The position numbers and the translations under genes are program-made. This document shows positions 29,723 through 38,300 of a stretch of DNA of 64,000 bases, in pieces. Below the pieces are notes generated by a model that saw only the letters and a program-made list of their open reading frames with translations, was not told the DNA's origin and made no database searches. Position 1 is the stretch's first letter; every line of letters starts with the position of its first letter. The DNA is taken from assembly GCA_025062295.1 (NCBI GenBank), contig JANXAJ010000002.1:39967-103966 (forward strand). Direction: 5' to 3'. The DNA comes from Bacteroidia bacterium (GTDB lineage: Bacteria; Bacteroidota; Bacteroidia; SpSt-205).

Positions 29723-32700
29723 ATGTGGGCTACTGTAGGACTGACCCTCTTATGGGCTCAGTCGCTGGTATGGGACCCTCTTCTTCCCGAGCTACCGCCC
29801 CATGAGCTTCTCTGGTTAGAGGGGCACTTCTCTCTCAAGGAGGTCAGTGCCCCCTCCTTTCGGGATAGCATAGGTGACTTTAGAGTATTGGTAGCTCGTC
29901 TCTCATGGGAATCAGGACAAGAATGGTATCCTTCTGATTGGGCTTTTCTATCTGAGCCTCTCTACGAGCGGGCTCGTCCTGTGCAGCAGCTTTATCTTTA
30001 TCGGTGGCAGCTCCACCGCTCAGGACAGCGTCTGCGGATTCGGAGCGCCCCCCCTCTTTATAGGTTAGAGCGCTTGCCTCTCCTTTCTCAGCGCCAAAGT
30101 GAAGCTCGGTTTGCTACCCAGTCTGTTCTTGCAAGCGGCAGTTGGTATAAAGTCGCCACGGGTGAAGCAGGCATCTATCGCCTCACCTTTCAGACCCTTC
30201 AAGCACTGGGTATAGACCCTGCTACAATAGACCCCCGTCACCTCCGACTATATGGACAAAAGGGAGGACCTCTCCCCCAGTCTAATAGGGAACCAGCCCC
30301 CGACGATCTGGTAGAAATTCCTCTGTATTTTCCTGGTGAAGAGGATGGACGCTGGGACCCGGGCGATAAAGCTTATTTCTGGGCGGAAAGCCCTCATGCA
30401 TGGTATCCTCTTCCCCAGAATCCGCTTCGTCCTTACTTTCATCTTCGCAATCCTTATACTGATAGCTGTGCCTATTTTATCACCTTTGACCGAGGGCGAG
30501 GGGCTCGCATCTCCGAGGCCTCCCCTCCAAGCGGTTCTCCCAATCCCCGTTCCCAAGTCCTGACTCTCTTCTTTCATGAAAGGGAACTGACTTCACTTAC
30601 GAAGTCGGGACGAGTGTGGCTCGGAGAGAATCTGAATACGCTCTCACCAACTCTATCCGTGCCGCTGCCTTTGCCCCCCAGTGATAGTGTGCGGTTACGG
30701 GTTCAGGTAGCTGCCAGCAGTCTCCTTCCGACACAGATGAGCATAAATCTGGGCTCAATAGGGCTTGGCACTATTTCTATTCCTCCTATCCCTGGTCCAT
30801 CAGATAGCTATCAAGCTCAGTGGGGAGAACTTACAATGCTTCTGACGAACACTTCTCCTTCTCCCGTTCTTGGGGTTAGTTTTAGAGGGAGTGGACAAGG
30901 CTATTTAGACTTTATAGAGGCGATAGCGTGGCACCGATTGCGATATACAGGTGGGCAAATCATCTTCTATGTGCCGCCAGGCGGGCTGTGGCAAGTCCAA
31001 GGGGAAGGGGATTTGCCCCCTTTTCTATGGGATGTAAGTGATGGGACAGCTCCTCGCACTCTCGCTCTTCAAGCCGAAGGAGGAGGATTCCGCTTCACGC
31101 TCATGGGCGATACCCTTCGTCGGCTATGTGCTTTTGAGCTGGAGGCAGCTTATGAGGTGCGTCCTATGGGTAGGGTTCCAAATCAGAATCTTCATGGCCT
31201 CCAGGGTCTGCGATTTATTGTCGCCACAACCCCCGCTCTGGGGACAATTGCATCCCGCTTCTGTGAGCTTCATCCTGAAGTCCCCTGCGGCGTCGTAACC
31301 ACTGAAGCGCTCTACAATGAGTTTTCAGGCGGGCGTCCAGACATCTGTGCCCTCCGAAATTTTCTTCGGATGCTCTTCATAAGGGCTTCCACTCCCGAAG
31401 AGCGCCCTCAATACGTCCTTATTGTAGGGGCTGCCAGCTACAACTTCCGAGATCGGTCACCCCTACTTTTCCCCACCTATCAGAGTCGGGAGAGCTTCTA
31501 CCCCCCTACGACTTATGGAAGTGATGACTTTTTTGGGTTTTTAGACGAAGCCGAGGGATTTTGGGGAGAAGGGGGACAGGCGGTATGGTATGATCCAAGA
31601 GACCAGCGCACTGAGACCCATCTTTTAGACCTTGCGATTTCACGAATCCCCGTAATGGAGCTGAAAGATGTAGAGCACTATTTGGCAAAGCTGGCGGATT
31701 ACCTTCATAATGCCACGGCAAGAGGCGACTGGCTTCAGAAGTTTATTCTTTTCTCTGACTATAAAGATGGAGGCGAGCATACTCGTCAAGCAGAAGAAGT
31801 AGGGCGAGTAGTGGCAGAAGGACTTCCTTACTTAGATCAAGTCAAGCTCCACATAGATCGGTACCCGCCGCAGCCGAGAGCCTCTGGGCTGGTTTTTCCG
31901 CAAGCGCAGGAAGCCCTTATGGCTGCTTTGAATAGCGGTGCTTTCATCGCACACTATGTCGGACATGGAAATGAATATACGCTTCAAGGATTTGAATTCT
32001 TTCCTATCACGTCCGTGCGCCAGCTCCAGAATACTTATCGTTACCTTTTCTTTGTAACAGCGACCTGTGATTGGGGGAAGTGGGATGATCCATCTATCCG
32101 AAGTGGAGGGGTAGAAGCCCTTTTTCTCCCCATGAGAGGAGCGATCGGCCTTCTTACTTCTACTCGGAAGGTGTTTTCTAGTCTCAATTTTGCCTTGAGC
32201 CTCAATTTTTATGCAGACCTTATTGAACGCTACCAGCAGTCGGAGTTGATCTCTTTGGGAGATCTTATGAGAGGTACGAAGAATCGGAGTTGGGGCGGGG
32301 CACTGGCTATCAATACGCGGTCTTTTGCTTTTTTGGGAGATCCTCTACTACCTCTTAGGATTCCTTCATACCGAGTCATAATCACTCGCATTGGCGATAA
32401 AGCTCCTGATGACAATCAGCCGGATACCCTGCGAGCGCTACGAGCGATTTGGGTAGAAGGGGAAATCCGACGCAGGGATGGAACGCTTTTGACCGATTTT
32501 GATGGAGAAGCCACCATTCGGCTTTGGGATAAAGCAGTTCAAAGGCAGACGCTTGTGAGTCAAACCCTCTTCCTGAGTCAGGATATTCTCCTTTTCAGTG
32601 GAAAAGCCACGGTTCGGCAAGGACGATTCGCCCTTCGCTTTTACCTCCCCGTAGATATTCTCCCTCAGGCTGGACGCGGACGACTCTCTGTGTGGGTGCA

Positions 32701-33430
32701 AGGCAGAGATGGAAGTTCAGCTGCGGGGGCAGAACATCGGTTCGTCATATGCTGTGTAGATACCTTCCCTCCCTCCCTGCCACCTCCCCTCGTAAAGCTC
32801 TACATCAATGACACAAACTGGGTAGAGGGCGGACAGACCCATCCCAATCCTCTTCTAATCGGCCTCATCTTTGATAGCTTAGGCATTAATCTCTCTGCTT
32901 TAGCTATTGGCCGTGAGCTGCGCGCTACTCTCAATGAACGAGATATTTTTCTGAGTGAATACTACCGCGCTCAGCCGGACCACCCTAATCAGGGAAAAGT
33001 TGAATATCGGTTTTCTAATTTACCATCAGGTTTATATCGCCTCCAACTTCGGGCTTACAATCTCGCTGGTCAAGAGGGACGAGCAGAGACTCGCTTTCAT
33101 GTGGTTGAAACAGGCAAGCTCAAGCTAAGTCGTCTATTTAATTATCCAAATCCATTCACCACTTTCACTCGCTTCTACTTTGAGCATAATCAGCCTGGGC
33201 AGCCCTTGGAAGCGAGGCTTTTCATCTATACCCTTTCAGGACGGCTTGTTCAGACTTTCAGTATGCCGATCCCTCCTGGAAATATGCTTGTTCAGGACCT
33301 TGTGTGGGATGGACTGGATGCGTATGGGGACCGAGTAGGACGGGGCGTCTATCTTTACCGTTTGGAGGTTCGCAATCTCATCACAGGAGAGAGTGCCCAT
33401 GCTGTAGAAAAACTGGTCATCCTTCGCTAA
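29723..33430 (+). CDS. porU: Type IX secretion system sortase PorU (C25 peptidase family)
   Basis: SVLASGSWYK, LYGxxGGxLP, DDLVE, NQNLHG, YNEFSGG, SDDFFG, catalytic YVGHG and TATCDWG, C-terminal NYPNPF...WDGxDxxGD CTD; start trimmed to MWAT after the tRNA. Confidence 0.92.
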   Translation: MWATVGLTLLWAQSLVWDPLLPELPPHELLWLEGHFSLKEVSAPSFRDSIGDFRVLVARLSWESGQEWYPSDWAFLSEPLYERARPVQQLYLYRWQLHRSGQRLRIRSAPPLYRLERLPLLSQRQSEARFATQSVLASGSWYKVATGEAGIYRLTFQTLQALGIDPATIDPRHLRLYGQKGGPLPQSNREPAPDDLVEIPLYFPGEEDGRWDPGDKAYFWAESPHAWYPLPQNPLRPYFHLRNPYTDSCAYFITFDRGRGARISEASPPSGSPNPRSQVLTLFFHERELTSLTKSGRVWLGENLNTLSPTLSVPLPLPPSDSVRLRVQVAASSLLPTQMSINLGSIGLGTISIPPIPGPSDSYQAQWGELTMLLTNTSPSPVLGVSFRGSGQGYLDFIEAIAWHRLRYTGGQIIFYVPPGGLWQVQGEGDLPPFLWDVSDGTAPRTLALQAEGGGFRFTLMGDTLRRLCAFELEAAYEVRPMGRVPNQNLHGLQGLRFIVATTPALGTIASRFCELHPEVPCGVVTTEALYNEFSGGRPDICALRNFLRMLFIRASTPEERPQYVLIVGAASYNFRDRSPLLFPTYQSRESFYPPTTYGSDDFFGFLDEAEGFWGEGGQAVWYDPRDQRTETHLLDLAISRIPVMELKDVEHYLAKLADYLHNATARGDWLQKFILFSDYKDGGEHTRQAEEVGRVVAEGLPYLDQVKLHIDRYPPQPRASGLVFPQAQEALMAALNSGAFIAHYVGHGNEYTLQGFEFFPITSVRQLQNTYRYLFFVTATCDWGKWDDPSIRSGGVEALFLPMRGAIGLLTSTRKVFSSLNFALSLNFYADLIERYQQSELISLGDLMRGTKNRSWGGALAINTRSFAFLGDPLLPLRIPSYRVIITRIGDKAPDDNQPDTLRALRAIWVEGEIRRRDGTLLTDFDGEATIRLWDKAVQRQTLVSQTLFLSQDILLFSGKATVRQGRFALRFYLPVDILPQAGRGRLSVWVQGRDGSSAAGAEHRFVICCVDTFPPSLPPPLVKLYINDTNWVEGGQTHPNPLLIGLIFDSLGINLSALAIGRELRATLNERDIFLSEYYRAQPDHPNQGKVEYRFSNLPSGLYRLQLRAYNLAGQEGRAETRFHVVETGKLKLSRLFNYPNPFTTFTRFYFEHNQPGQPLEARLFIYTLSGRLVQTFSMPIPPGNMLVQDLVWDGLDAYGDRVGRGVYLYRLEVRNLITGESAHAVEKLVILR

Positions 33431-34116
33431 GCCCGGCGCATCCATGCGATCCCTATAACAAGTCCTGTAGGCCAGAGAAATCTATCAACTTGATGAATTG
33501 TCTGTAGGTAAATAAACCAGTCGCTCCGGATACCCTCCCTAAAGCGCAGCTCACCCTGTAACGCAAGATTTAGAATCCAAGCAGGGATCACTTTCTCCAC
33601 ATCAGAGAGGCTTACGCGATTCCATTCTTGTATGGGCTGTCCATCGGGGGTAGAATATTCCAGCATCAGGGTTTGTCCTAAGAGCCGTAAGACTTGGGGA
33701 CCCGCAGCTACAGCGAGAGCCTCTTTTTCATCGAAACTGAGGCGCCATAGCGCCTGAAGAAAGAGAAAATGGGTATAGGTGCGAGATTGAGCAATCCCTG
33801 TAAGAGGGCGCCCACTGAGAGGAGAGATATAAACTGCACTATCCAAGAGAAGGCGGGCATGGCTCATCAAATAGCCGAAACCAGGCATAAAGGCATGATT
33901 GACACGGGCTTTGCCTCCAGTAAAGAGAGCAATCCTTCCGATAGCCCCGATTTCTACTGCAGGGCGAGCGAAAAATTGGGCGTAGTCGGTGCGGTACTGA
34001 TATAGACTTACCCCTCCACGCACTCCAAATGCGCTGGTCTGACCCCATGCCAACCCTACAGCTCCAAAAATGAGGGCTTTCCAGCCCTTTCTTCTCTTGA
34101 GTAGGAGGCAAAGCAT
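33427..34116 (-). CDS. Outer-membrane beta-barrel protein (porin family), function unknown
   Basis: Signal peptide, FGVRGG, alternating strands, AGPQ, terminal aromatic strand; ATG 3 nt after TATCTTTG (34120-34127). Confidence 0.6.
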   Translation of the reverse strand: MLCLLLKRRKGWKALIFGAVGLAWGQTSAFGVRGGVSLYQYRTDYAQFFARPAVEIGAIGRIALFTGGKARVNHAFMPGFGYLMSHARLLLDSAVYISPLSGRPLTGIAQSRTYTHFLFLQALWRLSFDEKEALAVAAGPQVLRLLGQTLMLEYSTPDGQPIQEWNRVSLSDVEKVIPAWILNLALQGELRFREGIRSDWFIYLQTIHQVDRFLWPTGLVIGIAWMRRA

Positions 34117-34137
34117 TTTCAAAGATACTCCAAGGGA

Positions 34138-35217
34138 TTAGGCAATCCATCCTCCGACTACTACATCGTCTCCTTCGTAAGCGACAGCCGCTTGGCCGGG
34201 AGTAATCGCTTTGACTCCCACCTGAAATACGACTCGGAGCTGCCCTCCTGAAGCCGAATACAACCATCCTTCATGTCCTGGATCCATATGGCGAATCTTG
34301 ACAATTACTGGATACCCCTCTGCAGGTAGAGAAGGATATTTATGCCAGACAGGGTCCCGTATATATAGCTCGCGACGATAGAGATACTCTTCGGGTCCAA
34401 TAACGATTGTATTCGTGTCGGGCTGAATCTCCACCACGTAGTGGGGAGTGCCTAAGGGAGGCAATCCTCGCCGTTGCCCAATGGTATAGAAGGGATACCC
34501 GTCATGAGTGCCAACAATATATCCTTCTACATGCCGGATCACCCCCCCTCGCAGCGCTTCCATTCGCTCAGGCCTGCGCTGAGATAGAAACTGACGATAA
34601 TCACCTTCCGGAATAAAGCATATCTCATACGAATCTTTTTTGTAGGCTACTCGACTCAGCCCCCACTGAGCTGCCAGGTGTCTCACTTCTGATTTATACC
34701 TTTCTCCAAGGGGAAAGTGGGTCTGAGCTAAAACAGTCTGCGAGAGTCCCCATAAGACGTAGGACTGGTCCTTTGTTAAGTCTCGTGCTCGTCGGATGAA
34801 ATAGCGCCCATTTTCATATCCAATGCGAGCGTAGTGTCCGGTCGCTATCCCATCGCACCGAAGGGCAGAAGCACGCCGCAGCAGAGCCTCCCATTTGATA
34901 TGAGTGTTACAAAGAATGCAAGGGTTTGGAGTGCGCCCTGCTAAATATTCATTCACAAAGTGCTCTATCACAGCTTCGCCGAATTCTCCCCGCAAATCCA
35001 GTACGTAGTGAGGAAACCCAAAACCAACCCCCACGCTCCGAGCATCATTAATGTCATCCAGATTACAGCAGCCTGTGTTTTTTCGTTGGCTCATTTCAGC
35101 CCGCTCATAGCTCCATGTTTTCATCGTCAGACCTATCACTTCATGCCCCGCCTGTTTGAGTAGCACAGCAGCCACACTGCTATCTACTCCTCCACTCATG
35201 GCGACAAGTATGCGCAT
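34138..35217 (-). CDS. mnmA: tRNA 2-thiouridylase
   Basis: AMSGGVDSSVAA, GRTPNPCILCN, ATGHYA, KDQSY, DSYEICF, YTIGQRRG, ITPGQ. Confidence 0.96.
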   Translation of the reverse strand: MRILVAMSGGVDSSVAAVLLKQAGHEVIGLTMKTWSYERAEMSQRKNTGCCNLDDINDARSVGVGFGFPHYVLDLRGEFGEAVIEHFVNEYLAGRTPNPCILCNTHIKWEALLRRASALRCDGIATGHYARIGYENGRYFIRRARDLTKDQSYVLWGLSQTVLAQTHFPLGERYKSEVRHLAAQWGLSRVAYKKDSYEICFIPEGDYRQFLSQRRPERMEALRGGVIRHVEGYIVGTHDGYPFYTIGQRRGLPPLGTPHYVVEIQPDTNTIVIGPEEYLYRRELYIRDPVWHKYPSLPAEGYPVIVKIRHMDPGHEGWLYSASGGQLRVVFQVGVKAITPGQAAVAYEGDDVVVGGWIA

Positions 35218-35346
35218 CTCATGGCGGAGAACAATTTTGAACGGAGAGAAGATGGAATGATATTCCTCCCACCCTCCTTCTCATTTGGAAAACTCTGCGT
35301 AAGTACAACTTCTCTCCTGAGGATTGCCCTAATACAGATAGCTTCA

Positions 35347-35354
35347 TACCTTTG
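35347..35354 (+). promoter_or_regulatory. -7 promoter box TACCTTTG
   Basis: Exact TAnnTTTG 8 nt before ATG 35363. Confidence 0.65.
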
Positions 35355-35362
35355 CATTGAAT

Positions 35363-38300
35363 ATGCAACGCGCCTTCGTATTCTTTCTCGCCATAGCTCC
35401 TGGGCTATGGGGCGGCTTGCTTGCTCAGCTCAACGGAAGTGCAGACTATTTCGTAAATGGAACTTCTAACCCCTCTGCTCGACAGTTTGCCACCTTAGAT
35501 GAAGCATTTACTGCTTTAGAGAATCAAGGTGTAGATGGCTCCCAAGGACCTATCAATATCCGAGTGGTGGACGGCTATAATCCAGCTAGCGAGCCTTCCA
35601 CCATCCATCTGGAAGGATACGAATGTATCGGGGGTTCATGCCCTCCAGTGAATGTATATGTAGAAGTTTCTTCCCTTGCTACGATTTCAAAAGCGCCGGT
35701 TTTAGCCGCACGCTATGTACTCCGCTTGGGCGGAAGCACAAATCCATCTCGGAATCTTATCAATTTTCGTCTATATGGACGGGGAAAGCTCCGTCTCGTA
35801 GAGACTACCCCCTTGCCAAATGCGACAGCTGTCTTAGGTATCACGCCAGGCCCCTCCCAGATCATTCAAAGCGTAGTTATAGACAGCCTACTCATAGATG
35901 GTAATCTACGCACAGAAACTTTTGCTGGCATTTATGTGGGGGATCATGCTACCCTTCCCTCCCCTGTATCCCCTACAGCCGAAGTGCGCAACCTTGTCAT
36001 TTCCAACTGCCAGATTGTGGCTGCTCGTCATGGAATCTACCTTCAGGGACGACGAGTGATTAGTCCTCAGGTAATAGGGTGCACCGTAGGGATACCAGAG
36101 CCGGTTCCAAATACGTCAAATACTGACCGTTCATTTGGAGGCTTCAGCGGAGCCTCCTCTGCAGGAGGAATTTACTTCGCTGGTACCTCAGGAGGCCTCA
36201 TCGCACAGAATATCATCAGAAATTCCCTTCAAAACACAACTCCCTCAGATCCTGGCTTTGCAGGCATCATCGCCGATACGGTTAGTAACCTTATCATAGA
36301 GCGAAATCGTATCTATAATATTCGCTATACAGGTACTGGTGGCTACGGATGTACAGGCATCCGCGTCAATGCCCTCGGAGCTTCTCCTGCAAATGTTACC
36401 ATAAGAAATAACTTCATCAGCCGAATAGGTGGGGATGGGGATAATACCACCTCTACTTTTCTCCACTGGATGGTTACAGGGATTGCTATACATGCTACCG
36501 CTTCAAATGGGAATGTAGGCGTTCAAATTATTCATAACACGATTCACCTTTTCAATGATAGCGATCCGAGTTATGGTCCAAGTGATGCGGGAACCAGTGA
36601 GCCTCTCGGCTTTACAAATAGCGTGGTTACAGGCATTGTAACCTCCAGTAATGTTACGGGTGGCGTTAACCTCTTTGGGAATATTATCCAGAACACTCAC
36701 CGTCGTCGTGCGACAAATGCAAGGGCTTTCGGGGTTATAATTATCGCTCCGCTTGCTTCATGGAGCGGCTTTTTTGAGCTTAACTACAATGCTTACCTGA
36801 TTGAATCTACTTCAGCTGGGGGCGACTTCATAGGTCGGGTAGGGACGACCACCTATGCCACTTTAGCTGACTGGCAGGGCATTTTAGGCTTTTCACCTGA
36901 TCTAAATAGCATCTCTCTCTTTGCTGAGGTGCCTTTTTTGAGCAACTATGACCTTCATATAAATCCCACCTCAGCCACTCAAGTCATCAATGCAGGCGAT
37001 GCTGCCTACAATGGGGTGCTAAATGATTTTGATGGGCAGTCTCGTCCGCTTCCGAATCCTGGTCCTGGAGCGAATGGCGATTTGGGGACTAGGCCAGATA
37101 TTGGTGCAGATGAAGTGGATGGGACAGCAGTTCAATGCTTTGCGGCGGTTCAAGCGCCAGAGATTCAGATACTTACTCCTCCAAACGCTGGCACGGCCTA
37201 CATTTGGGGCTCAGTCATTCAAGTCGGCTTAGCCCCGGCTTCCCCCACGCCTGTGGGGCTTCTGCGATGGATATATTCGCTGGATGGAGGTACTACTTGG
37301 ATCGTTGGAAGGCGTATCCGAGCTTTTCCTGCCACATTTTCTCTCCCCCCCTTCACTCCACCTACCTATACCGCCACCCTCCTACTGGGAGTTCGGGCAG
37401 AAAATATTCCAAACTGCCTTCCCCTTCTTTCAGATGATTCTGACAATCCCGTGCCAATCAGTTTGACTGACCGTCCTGGCAATCGCCTTGCTACTGCGAT
37501 TCCTATTACCCTCACCTACAATGCTGCTACTCAGCGGTGGCAGGCAACTATCGCTGATAGTCTCAATGGGCCTGCTATGAGCAATGAATACGGTGTCTCG
37601 GGAGCTACAGGTTTTACTCATCCGCCCCGTGGGAGCGGTTCTGTTGAGCTTTTTTATCGCCTTCGCCTTCCTGCGTGTTTAGATTCTCTCATCCTAAATA
37701 CTTGTAATGAGGTGCCAGGATTTTTCACAGGGTTTGATACTTATGTTGGGGTAATTAACTTGACGCTCCCTGATACGACAGCCGATGACGATCAAGGCTC
37801 GACTACTTGCACTAGCACTCAGCTTCCAAGCTACGCTTTCCGAGGATTTACCTCTCAAATCCAACTCATTGGCAGAGCCTCATCGGCACAGATGCGCCCT
37901 TTCACAGAGTCGGGCTCTTCCCCTACTCGGGACACGATGCGACTAGCCCGTGGTGATGAACTAATTGTGATTGTGGAGGCATATTCCTCTTTTACCTCCC
38001 CCGGTCGCTTCTTACTTACCATAGAGGGCTACGGCAATCCTGTCCGAGCGAAACCGAACCTTGGACCTGATGTGGAGGTATGTGAGGATGGAGCTAACTC
38101 TCTATCCTTGAATGCTACGACGACTGGGGCTACTACTTATGAATGGGTAGTCAATGGCTCGGTTGTTTCTGGTGCCACCGGACCCACTTATGCTCTTCCT
38201 CTCACGCCCGGGACTTGGACTGTAATCGCTCGGGCTATTTTTACAAATGCTCGCGGCACCCTCAATGGTTCCATGTGTCTAGCAGATACCACTGCTGACA